Shown: piece after piece, positions 1-11,028 of the stretch
Numbering within the stretch: position 1 is the stretch's first letter
Layout of the letters: every line of letters starts with the position of its first letter
Assembly (NCBI RefSeq): GCF_963921235.1
Contig: NC_086108.1
Location: forward strand, 60,328,001-60,392,000
Direction of reading: 5' to 3'
DNA length: 64,000 nt
Source: Mobula hypostoma
Taxonomy: Eukaryota
The notes under the pieces: model-generated
Seen by the model: the letters and a program-made list of their open reading frames with translations, nothing else
Told to the model about the DNA's origin: nothing
The model's database searches: none
Program-made: the position numbers and the translations under genes

Positions 1-242
1 GTTCTGGATATTAATTGTTTGTTTGTTTGTTTGTTTGTTTATTTATTTATTGTTGTCTTTTATATTAGCACAGTTTGTTGTCTTTTGCACGTTGGTTGTC
101 CTGCTGGGTGCAGTCTTTCATTAATTCTATTGTCTTTCTTCAATTTACTGTGTATGCCTGCAAGGAAACAAATTCAGGGTTGTGTGTGGTGACATATACA
201 ATATGTACTTGAGTAATAAACTTATTTTATACTCTGAACTTT
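1..242 (+). mobile_element. 3' UTR end of a Rex1/Babar-like LINE
   Basis: Shares the tail (tcagggttgt..ggtgacatat..tgtactt..taataaa..tgaacttt) with copies ending near 57395 and 58885. Confidence 0.55.
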
Positions 243-799
243 ATCATTTGCACCTTCTTCAGCACTTTAAGATATCTGTACCACTACAATTTTGATTATT
301 TCTGAATTTGATTGTACCATCATTGATTAGTGTGTCTTCAGCTCTAAAGGCCCTATATTCTGGAATTGCTTCCCTAAAGTCCTTACTGCCCGATTTTCCT
401 TTTTTTAAAGTTCCTTAAATCTACCCATTTAAATAATCTTTTGTTCGTCTCCCCAAAATCTTCAAATGACTAGCACCAAATTTTGCTTCATACTGCTTCT
501 ATCAATTTGCTCCCTTCTCTGCCAGGTAATTGATTCTGGAGTTAATTGCCTTCAGTACCATCTACTCTCCAAAGCATAGTCCAGATGTTATATTTCCTCA
601 GCATGGAGCCTGAGCTGTAGTATTGACAGGCTATTTAAGCAATCCAAGGTATTACACTGAAATATCTTTCGGCTTGCAATGTTAGCCATGCTTTCTTGCA
701 GTGGTTGACACAATAAATTGTGTTTTTAATAATAATTCCAGTTATTTATTGAACAATGTATATATTTACATTTAGTATTATAAGCAAGAAATTAACCTT

Positions 800-890
800 A
801 GCAACACATACAAAATGCTGGAGGAACTCAGCAGGTCAGGCAGCATCTATGGAAAAGAGTAAGCAGTTGATGTTTCAGGCCAAGACCCTG
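800..890. repeat. Penelope-type terminal repeat, single decayed arm
   Basis: gcaacacatacaaaatgctggaggaactcagcagg...tttcaggccaagaccc, same family as 31443-31678 and 32886-33036. Confidence 0.75.
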
Positions 891-1325
891 TAATGGAAAC
901 CAATCTTCAAAAAACAATTATCAGGTTGTTAAACATTAATTTCTGAAGAATTACAGAACTGTTACAACATAATTCTATGATGAAATGTGGATTTCAGCTT
1001 CAGTAACATGGGATTTTGTTTCTGAAACATCTTGGATTTGTTATTTAGTTACAGTTACTGACTTTTTTAACTAAACGGTATTAATTCACTTAATAGGAAA
1101 TAATTCAGACTTCTACCTACAGTTTTGAATCATAAACAAATTTTCTTTACGTATCAAATGCAATTGAGACTACAGTTATTACTCACCTATTTGCCTATTT
1201 GATTGGGCTTAACCAATCCTAGCAGTTTCATTTGTGCATTTGAAATTTACATTACTCAGTTAGTAAAAAAATATCTGTGAAGTAATTTGTTCATCTTCTT
1301 GCATCTTCATATTTAAACCAGGATT

Positions 1326-2030
1326 ATAGAGTCATAGAGCATTACAACACAGAAACAGGCACTTTGGCCCATCTAATCTGCACCAAAGTACTCTTCTGCC
1401 TAGTCCCATTGACCTACACCTGGACCATAGACCTCCATACTCCATGGACCTATCCAAAGTTCGCTTAAACATTGAAATTAAACTCTCATCCATCACTTCC
1501 CTTGGTAGTTCGTTCCACACTCTCACCACCTATTGAGTGAAGAACTTGCCCCTTAATGTTCCCTTCAAAACATTTCACCTTCCACGCTTAACCAATGACC
1601 TCTAGTTCTCGTCCCTTGCAGCCTCAGTGGAAAAAGCCTGCTTTCATTTACCCTCTATACCCCTCAGTTTTGCATGCCTCTATCAAATTTCCCTACACTC
1701 CAGGGGATAAAGTACTAACCTACTCAACTTTTCTCTATAATTCAGGTCCTCAAGACCTCGTAAATTTTCCCTGTACTCATCCAAGCATCCTAATATTTTT
1801 TGTGTAGGTGGAAGTCCAGAGCTGCGCGCAATACTCCAAATTAGTCCTCACCAATGTCTCATACAATTTCAACCCAAAATCCCAACTCCTGTACTCGGCA
1901 TTTTGACTTAGGAAAGCCAGTGTGCCAAAAGCACTTTTTACAACCCTTTCTGCCTGTGATGCCACTTCCAAGGAATTATAGATCTATAGTAGATCCCTCT
2001 GTTCTACTGCACTCCTCAATGCCCTATGTT
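1326..2030 (-). mobile_element. Old CR1-clade LINE 3' part (outermost layer of nest)
   Basis: Minus-strand peptides LKLYETLVRTNLEYCAQLW and VWNELPREV; tail atagagtcatagag. Confidence 0.85.
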
Positions 2031-3235
2031 CAGTGTGTAAGTGATCAGCAGTTTCTGAGGCACTCAAACCACCCCATCTGGCACCAACATTCATTCCACT
2101 ATCAAAGTCACTTAGATTACACTTCTTTCCAATTCTGATGTTTGGTCTGAACAACAACGCAATCTCTTGACGATGTCTGCGTGCTTTTATGCATTGAGTT
2201 TCTCCCACATGATTGGCTGATTAGACCTTTACAGTTGAAGTCAGAAGTTTAAATACACCCAAGCCAAATACATTTAAACTCAGTTTTTCACAATTCCTGA
2301 CATTTAATCTGAGAAAACATTCCCTGCCTTAGGTTAGTTAGGATCACTACATTATTTCAAAAATGTGAAATATCAGAATAATAGTAGAGAGAATGATCTA
2401 TTTATGTATTTGGCTTGGGTGTATGTAAACTTCTGACTTCAACTGTGAATATGTAATCAGCCAATCATGTGGCAGAAACTCAAACCATAAAAGCATGCAG
2501 ACATCGTCAAGAGGTTGTGTTGTTACTCCTTGCTCACACACACTTTTTCAGTTCTGCCCACAAATTTTTTATCAGATTGAGGTTAGGGCTTTGTGATGGC
2601 CACTTCAATACCTTGACTTTGTTGTCCTTAAGCAATTCTGCCACAACTTTGGAGGCATGCTTGGGATCATTGTCCATTTTGAAGACCCACTTGTGACTGA
2701 GCTTTAACTTCCTGGCTGATGTCTTGAGATGTTGCTTCAATATATCCACATAATTTTCCTTCCTCATGATGCCATCTATTTTGTGAACTGCACCAGTCCC
2801 TCCTGCAGCAAAGCACCTCCACAACATAATGCTGCCACCCCCATGCTTCATGTTGGGATGGTGTTCTTCAGCTTGCAAGCCTCACCCTTTTTCCTCCAAA
2901 CATAACGATGGTCATTATGGTCAAACAGTTCAATTTTTGTTTCATCAGACCAGAGGACATTTCTCCAACAAGTAAGGTCTTTGTCCCCATGTGCACTTGC
3001 AAACTGTAGTCTGGCTTTTTTATGGCAGCTTTGGAGCAGTGGCTTCTTCCTTACTGAGCAGCCTTCCGGGTTATGTCGATATAGGATTTGTTTTACTGTG
3101 GATATAGATACTTGTCTACCGGTTTCCTCCAGGATCTTCACACGGTCCTTTGCTGTTGTTCTGGGATCGATTTGCACTTTTCGCGCCAAAGTACGTTCAC
3201 CTCTAGGAGACGGAATGCATCTCCTTCCTGAGCGG

Positions 3236-4206
3236 TGTTATGTACCCCGTAACTGGGTTGCCAAACCAGCAGAACTGGATCACTCAGCTGGAGTCTGGAT
3301 TACTAGAACTAAGAAAGTTTTATTAAAGAAACAAGCAACACAGTAATCGAAAGGATAATAAATGCAACAGTTCAGCAATGATAAACATACATGTGCACAG
3401 AATTAAGATAACAGCATCAATTAAGCTCTATCGTTGTCTAGGGGTAAATGACGAATTTCAAAGTGACGCAAAGTTCAGTCCAATTTAGTTCAGTTTGCAG
3501 TAATCGTTGCCATGGCGATGGACGTGGGGGGAGGGAGAGAGAGAACGAGAAGGACTGATCATTCAGAACGGCTTCCAGTCACAGACCGGCGATATTGCTG
3601 ACAAGCAGCTTTCGGGCGGGTCCTTTGTGATGTCACCTGAGGTCACCGACTGTGACCCCTCCTCCAGATGCGGTCGATCCTCTGCAGTGAACCCGGCACC
3701 CAAGCGAGGGTGGACACACACCGGGTTCCCGCTGATCGTACCTTTCCACCCTGTGCGTTTAAGGCTGATCTCCCAATCAGCCGTCCAAGAGCTTTCCACC
3801 GACTCGTGAGAGGCGCACCGCTTCCAGGGTCTCGTTACCTCGGGTGTCGTGTGTGTCCTGCTTTAGCGAACCTGTCCCTTTTTATCCCCCTGCTGGGGTA
3901 CCACCTGTCCATCACTTCAAACAGTTCAGGGTTCAAAGGGGGAGCCGCTCTAGACAGCTCTCTCTCCCGTCCCTTCATTACACATCTCTAGATCGCCTGT
4001 CCATCATTTCAAACAGTTCAGGGTTCAAAGGGGGGAGCCGCTCTTGGCAATACCCAGACTGATGGCTCCTTCATTAACATCCCCAAATGCTGCTTCATTT
4101 TTCCTTATCTCTCCTTCCCCTGAGGACAGGTGGCAGACCAACTGCTGATACCACTGATGCTAGCCCAGGCCAGCAAACATCTTAATTTATGTGTATTCTC
4201 GTCACA
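3236..4206 (-). repeat. 3' LTR of Gmr1-like element
   Basis: Direct repeat of 9502-10424; adjacent cttccccccttt is the polypurine tract on the minus strand. Confidence 0.93.
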
Positions 4207-4860
4207 CTTCCCCCCTTTAAGGATTTTTACCAGGGTAAAAATTACAAACATGGATACATTATTTGATACACACACAAATATACATCTTTATCAGTTATTT
4301 GGCTAACACAGTGAGTTTGAAGTTGTCAACACCTTGACAAACAGTCATCACATTTTCTGTTCCTTTTATATGTGTTATTAATAATCCCTTAGACCAGGTT
4401 CCAACTCAGCAAACTTCATAGTGGCCAAAAACACTGATGAATTGGGATCAATGTAACCTCTCATTTGGTTTTGTCCCGGACCACAATAACAAGGGTCGTC
4501 CCATTCCAACTCAGTTTTCTCTCGCAAGGGCTTAGTAGGAGGGGGAGGGGTAGTGACCGCAGAGTTATTGCAAAACTTCCTACAGTACCCCGCCTTCTGA
4601 GGGCCCTCTTGTCTGTCGGGGTTGGGAGGTCAGCGATAGCCTGCACTGTAGCTTGCATCGCTGCCAGCTGCCCCTGCGTCACCACAATTCCCAGGTAAGT
4701 GACCTTCGTGTGGCCGACCTCATTTTTTTCAAGGTTCACTATCAAGCTGGCTTCAGACAGCCGTATTAAATTGCCAATACACACCTCTGTGTTCATCAAC
4801 CCTTTAGTCACTGAATTACTCATTATATATGGATGTTGTTTACTAGGCTGGCCTATTTTA

Positions 4861-6948
4861 GAAACATAGAAACATAGAAAATAGGTGCAGGAGTAGGCCA
4901 TTCGGCCCTTCGAGCCTGCACCGCCATTTATTATGATCATGGCTGATCATCCAACTCAGAACCCAGCCTTCCCTCCATACCCCCTGACCCCTGTAGCCAC
5001 AAGGGCCATATCTAACTTCCTTTTAAACATAGCTAATGAACTGGCCTCAACAGTTTGCTGTGGCAGAGAATTCCACAGATTCACCACTCTCTGTGTGAAG
5101 AAGTTTTTCCTAACCTCGGTCCTAAAAGGCTTCCCCTCTATCCTCAAACTGTGACCCCTCGTTCTAGACCTCCCCAACATCGGGAACAATCTTCCTGCAT
5201 CTAGCCTGTCCAATCCCTTTAGGATCTTATACGTTTCAATCAGATCCCCCCTCAATCTTCTAAATTCCAACGAGTACAAGCCCAGTTCATCCAGTCTTTC
5301 TTCATATGAAAGACCTGCCATCCCAGGAATCAATCTGGTGAACCTTCTTTGTACTCCCTCTATGGCAAAGATGTCTTTCCTCAGATTAGGGGACCAAAAC
5401 TGCACACAATACTCCAGGTGTGGTCTCACCAAGGCCTTGTACAACTGCAGTAGTACCTCCCTGCTCCTGTACTCGAATCCTCTCGCTATAAATGCCAGCA
5501 TACCGTTCGCCTTTTTCACCGCCTGCTGTACCTGCATGCCCACTTTCAATGACTGGTGTATAATGACACCCAGGTCTCGTTGCACCTCCCCTTTTCCTAA
5601 TCGGCCACCATTCAGATAATAATCTGTTTTCCTATTTTTGCCACCAAAGTGGATAACTTCACATTTATCCACATTAAATTGCATCTGCCATGAGTTTGCC
5701 CACTCACCCAACCTATCCAAGTCACCCTGCATCCTCTTAGCATCCTCCTCACTGCTAACACTGCCACCCAGCTTCGTGTCATCCGCAAACTTGGAGATGC
5801 TGCATTTAATTCCCTCATCCAAGTCATTAATATATATTGTAAACAACTGGGGTCCCAGCACTGAGCCTTGCGGTACCCCACTAGTCACCGCCTGCCATTC
5901 TGAAAAGGTCCCGTTTATTCCCACTCTTTGCTTCCTGTCTGCTAACCAATTCTCCACCCACACCAATACCTTACCCCCAATACCGTGTGCTTTAAGTTTG
6001 CACACTAATCTCCTATGTGGGACCTTGTCAAAAGCCTTTTGAAAATCCAAATATACCACATCCACTGGTTCTCCCCTATCCACTCTACTAGTTACATCCT
6101 CAAAAAATTCTATGAGATTCGTCAGACATGATTTTCCTTTCACAAATCCATGCTGACTTTGTCCGATCATTTCACCGCTTTCCAAATGTGCTGTTATCAC
6201 ATCCTTGATAACTGACTCCAGCAGTTTCCCCACCACCGACGTTAGGCTAACCGGCCTATAATTCCCCGGTTTCTCTCTCCCTCCTTTTTTAAAAAGTGGG
6301 GTTACATTAGCCACCCTCCAATCCTCAGGAACTAGTCCAGAATCTAACGAGTTTTGAAAAATTATCACTAATGCATCCACTATTTCTTGGGCCACTTCCT
6401 TAAGCACTCTGGGATGCAGACCATCTGGCCCTGGGGATTTATCTGCCTTCAATCCCTTCAATTTACCTAACACCACTTCCCTACTAACATGTATTTCGCT
6501 CAGTTCCTCCATCTCACTGGACCCTCTGTCCCTTACTATTTCTGGAAGATTATTTATGTCCTCCTTAGTGAAGACAGAACCAAAGTAATTATTCAATTGG
6601 TCTGCCATGTCCTTGCTCCCCATAATCAATTCACCTGTTTCTGTTTGCAGGGGACCTACATTTGTCTTTATCAGTCTTTTCCTTTTTACATATCTATAAA
6701 AGCTTTTACAGTCCGTTTTTATGTTCTCTGCCAGTTTTCTCTCATAATCTTTTTTCCCCTTCCTAATTAAGCCCTTTGTCCTCCTCTGCTGAACTCTGAA
6801 TTTCTCCCAGTCCTCAGGTGAGCCACTTTCTCTGGCTAATTTGTATGCTACTTCTTTGGAATTGATGCTATCCCTAATTTCTCTTGTCAGCCACGGGTGC
6901 ACTACCTTCCTTGATTTATTCTTTTGCCAAACTGGGATGAACAATTGA
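4861..6948 (-). mobile_element. Young 5'-truncated CR1-clade LINE with an uninterrupted 662-aa ORF2 fragment (complete RT domain)
   Basis: ORF 4956-6944: NYRPVSLTS, YLDFQKAFD, SGVPQGSVLGP, KFADD; (ttctatgt)n tail; possible TSD ttta. Confidence 0.95.
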
Positions 6949-7401
6949 TTTAACAGACATCACCCAACGTCCCAGTTCTTTGCATCGCCTCGGGAGAATC
7001 AAACACATGGGTGCGAGTCGTTTAATTACTTCTGCTAAAGAGTCGCTTTGTTCGGGGTTTAAGGGAGAGACCTTATCAGTAGACCTGGCCAAAACAATAG
7101 CCTTCTCCCATCTGATCGATCCCATACTAATCTTTTCAAAATGGTTTTTTTCTCTTATCAGGGGGCCCCTAGCTTCATTGATTTCCACGCTAACCCCGAC
7201 TAGGTTTGTTAGCATATCAAAAGCCTGTGACCGTCTCAGTTCGCGTTGGTCATGATCAATAACATCCTTCCCCCTGGGCAGCCGGTAAACCTCTTTCATG
7301 ATTCCACCAACTGTTTCCTCCAGCACCGCAAAATGTCCACCGGGGGGTACCTTGTGGGCCAGGTTAAAAATCTCATCCTCATAACTCTTTTGCACCACCC
7401 C

Positions 7402-9403
7402 CTATTCCTCATCTGCGGGTACTGTACTTGATTTCCCTTTCTTCCTTAGCACTTCCTCCTCCGCACAATAGCCTACTAGTTCCCTTGTTAAAGCTGTGTC
7501 AGAGAGAGCTGTCTCTGCCAAAACCATCAGCCCCTCGTCTCGCTCCCGCGTCTGCACAAATTCTTTCCTGGCTACTGCTACGTCTGTCCCAGCTCCCTCA
7601 CTACCTCTTGTCTCACTACACTCCTTCTTTTCATTTTCTACCCCCTTCTCGTACAAGGTTGGCAGGAACGTTTCAGCTAAATTTACCACCGCAGCTAAAT
7701 TCACTACCCCAGCCCCATGATGAACCTGTGAGTCCATGGGCGGGGCCTCACTGCTGGCAGGCTGACCTGTCAGTCTCACGATTGGGAACACGATTCCCCC
7801 GGCGATGTCATTACTGAGCAAGACTTCCACGTCCTTCATCGGTAATTCGGACCTCACCCCGATCGTGACTAGTCCAGAGACCAGGTTGCTTTGTAAGTGT
7901 ATCTGGTGCAAAGGGACTGACTCTGTCCGTTCCCCAACACCTTTGACCTCTACCTCCCCAGTCTGGGTCTCTGAGCTAAACTCTAATACACTCTTCAGTA
8001 TTACTGACTGATACGCTCCCGTGTCTCTCCATATCCGCACTGGAACTGGTTTTAACCCCTCCTTCACTGACACCAATCCGGCCGAGATAAACCTCTCGCG
8101 CCCTTCCTGAACTTTGGCAGACCTGTCCTTCCCTAGCGGTTCGCTTAACAGCTCGATACAGCCATTCAAAATTGCCGTTTTTCCTTTTCCCGTCTCCTTC
8201 TTTGGGGCAAAGCACCTGGATGCAAAGTGTCCGACTTTCCCGCAATTATAACAGACGACCCCAGGAGACTTCCTACCAGACTGCTCCCGGTCTACCTTAT
8301 CCTTCTCACTAGTCCCCGGCTTACTTTCTGACTTTTCCGGCGGACTCTCCCCGCCGTCCTGACTTCCCTTCTGGTAGCCTTTACTTGGGGCAAACTTAAT
8401 TTTATGCGTCAACGCATACTCATCCGCTAACTTAGCAGTTGCGACTAACGTGGCTGCCTCCTTCTCATCTAGGTAGGGTCTCATACCCTCGGACACAAAC
8501 TTTAAACTGCTCAATCAGGATCAGCTGTAGCAGTCTGTCATAATCCCCCTCTACCCCCTTTGAGGTGCACCAACGCTCACAATATGTCTGCATCTCATGG
8601 GCAAACTCCAAATACGTGCGGTCCCACTGCTTCCTCGCATTCCGGAACCTCTGCCGGTATGACTCCGGGACCAACTCATAAATCCTGAGGATGGCCTCTT
8701 TCACCACCTCATATCTCTGGGCATCTTCCGCGGACAAAGCAGTGTAAGCTTCTTGGGCTTTCCCTTTCAGTACACTCTGAAGTAAAACAGCCCACTTATC
8801 CCTCGGCCAGTCCTGACTTATAGTCACTTTTTCGAAATGGAGGAAGTACCGATCCACGTTGGTATCGTCAAATGGGGGAACCAGCCTAACCTCCTGGGTC
8901 GCCCAGAACCCTCCACCATGGTTCAGCACGAGCCCCTGCTCTGCCCTTAACCTTAACTTCTCCAGCTCGAATTCCCTTTCCCTCTGTTTCTCCAACTGCT
9001 GCAACTGTCTCTCTCTCTCTTTCTCTTCTCTCTCCAACTGTCTCTCTCTCTCTTGCCTTTCTACCTCTCTCTCCTGCTCTTCTCGCTGTAACTGTCTGTC
9101 CCTCTCCTTCTCTTCTCGCTCCAACTGCCGTACCCGGAACTCGTGCTCTAGTCTCAGTTTTTCAAGCTGCACCTGTACCGCGTCTCCAGCAGGTTTTTCA
9201 ATAGACACCACCCCCAGCTCGCCTTGGGGAAACACACCTTTAGATACATAGTGCTCTACGATAGCTCTGTGTATCTCCTCTCTCCTCATTGTCGACTTCC
9301 CCTTAGCAAAATTCAACCGTTTGGCCACAGCTACCAATTCTGATTTCCTGGCATCCTCTAATGCCTCCAAGGTTGGTGCCTTTATAAATTCCTCAGCCTC
9401 CAT
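7402..9403 (-). pseudogene. Gag (coiled coil, SCAN-like capsid, CCHC knuckle) + aspartic protease of Gmr1-like element; one frameshift near 8490
   Basis: ORFs 8465-9403 (KGKAQEAY..ELVPESYRQRFR..LILIEQFK) and 7402-8514 (CYNCGKVGHFASRC; WRDTGA). Confidence 0.85.
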
Positions 9404-9479
9404 TTCTGCTGTTTGTCTTTTCTTTCTTTCGGGAATTTTAACCCAATCAATTTACTCCGTCCCAAATTTAGCGTTCAAA

Positions 9480-9497
9480 TTCCCGGACGAGCCCCCA
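9480..9497 (-). promoter_or_regulatory. Primer-binding site complementary to tRNA-Pro 3' end
   Basis: Minus strand reads TGGGGGCTCGTCCGGGAA, 4 nt from the 5' LTR. Confidence 0.85.
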
Positions 9498-9501
9498 CTT
9501 A

Positions 9502-10424
9502 TGTTACGTACCCCGTAACTGGGTTGCCAAACCAGCAGAAATGGATCACTCAGTTGGAGTCTGGATTACTAGAACTAAGAAAGTTTTATTAAAGAAACAA
9601 GCAACACAGTAATCGAAAGGATAATGAATGCAACAGTTCAGCAATGGTAAACACACATGCGCACAGAATTAAGATAACAGCATCAATCAAGCTCTATCGT
9701 TGTCTAGGGGTAAATGACCAATTTCAAAGTGACACAAAGTTCAGTCCAATTTAGTTCAGTTCACAGTAATCGTTGCCATGGCGATGGACAACGTGGGGGG
9801 AGGGAGAGAGAGAACGAGAATGACTGATCATTCAGAACGGCTTCCACTCACAGACCAGCGATATTGCTGACAAGCAGCTTTCGGACGGGTCCTTTGTGAT
9901 GTCACCTGTGGTCACCGACTGTGACCCCTCCTCCAGATGCGGTCGATCCTCTGCAGTGAACCCGGCACCCAAGCGAGGGTGGACACACACCGGGTTCCCG
10001 CTGATCGTACCTTTCCACCCTGTGTGTTTAAGGCCCGGTACTTTCCACCAACTCGTGAGAGGCGCACCGCTTCCAGAGTCTCGTTACCTCGGGTGTCATG
10101 TGTGTCCTGCCTTAGCGAACCTGTCCCTTTTTATCCCCCTGCTGAGGTATCGCCTGTCCATCACTTCAAACAGTTCAGGGTTCAAAGGGGGAACCGCTCT
10201 AGACAGCTCTCTCTCCCGTCCCTTCATTACACATCTCCAGATCGCCTGTCCATCACTTCAAACAGTTCAGGTTTCAAAGGGGGAGCCGCTGTAGACATCC
10301 CCAAATGCTGCTTCATTGTTCCTTATCTCTCCTTCCCCTGAGGACAGGTGGCAGACCAACTGCTGATGCCACTGATGCTAGCCCAGGCCAGCAAACATCT
10401 TAATTTATGTGTATTCTCGTCACA
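9502..10424 (-). repeat. 5' LTR of Gmr1-like element
   Basis: tgttacgtacccc...ctcgtcaca; PBS lies immediately internal. Confidence 0.93.
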
Positions 10425-11028
10425 GCGGTATGATGGCTGTGTGGTCCCATGGTGTTTATACTTGCATACTATTGTTTGTACAGATGAATGTGGTACCTTC
10501 AGGCATTTGGAAATTGCTCCCAAGGATGAACCAGACTTGACATCATTTTCTGATCTCAATCCAATAGAAAATTTTTGGACAGAACTGAAGAAGTGTGTGC
10601 GAGCAAGGAGGTCTACAAACCTGACTCAGTTACACCAATTCTGTCTGGAGGAATGGATCAAAATTCCAGCAACTCACTGTGAGAAGCTTGTGAAAGGCTA
10701 CCCAAAACGTTTGACCCAAGTTAAACAATTTAAAGGCAATGCTACCAAATACTAACAAAGTGTATGTGAATTTCTGACCCACTGGGAAAGTGATGAAAGA
10801 AATAAAAGCTGAAATAAATCATTCTCTCTACTATTATTCTGATATTTCATGTTCTTGAAATAATGTAGTGTTCCTAACTAACCTAAGACTGGGAATGTTT
10901 TCTCGGATTAAATGTCAGGAATTGTGAAAAACTGAATTTAAATGTATTTGGCTAAAGTGTTTGTAAACTTCTGACTTCAACTGTACATCAATGAGCAGAT
11001 GTACCGAGTAAAGTGGCTTCTGAGTGTA

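Larger units (their letters stand above)
3236..10424 (-). mobile_element. Gmr1-like Ty3/Gypsy LTR retrotransposon, non-autonomous (gag-PR retained, IN/RT largely deleted)
   Basis: TG..CA LTRs 3236-4206 and 9502-10424; 4-bp TSD GCGG (3232-3235, 10425-10428); PPT 4207-4218; tRNA-Pro PBS 9480-9497. Confidence 0.93.
2232..10983 (-). mobile_element. Sleeping-Beauty-like (IR/DR) Tc1 transposon, defective, rearranged, interrupted by an LTR element
   Basis: TA|cagttgaagtcagaagttt ... aaacttctgacttcaactg|TA; transposase pieces [64 protein letters not shown]. Confidence 0.92.
2033..11026 (-). mobile_element. Tc1-derived non-autonomous element, split: 2033-2231 and 10986-11026
   Basis: N-terminal Tc1 HTH remnant GKKCNLSDFDSGMNVGARWGGLSASETAD; continues after the SB-like insertion and ends taaagtggcttctgagtg|TA. 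Confidence 0.7.

Noticed and set aside
5338..9251. Plus-strand ORFs over the CR1 and gag regions
   Set aside because: Antisense shadows of the minus-strand TE reading frames.
9472..9497. tRNA-Pro-like sequence gttcaaattcccggacgagccccca
   Set aside because: Only the 3' ~25 nt including CCA, adjacent to an LTR: a primer-binding site, not a tRNA gene.
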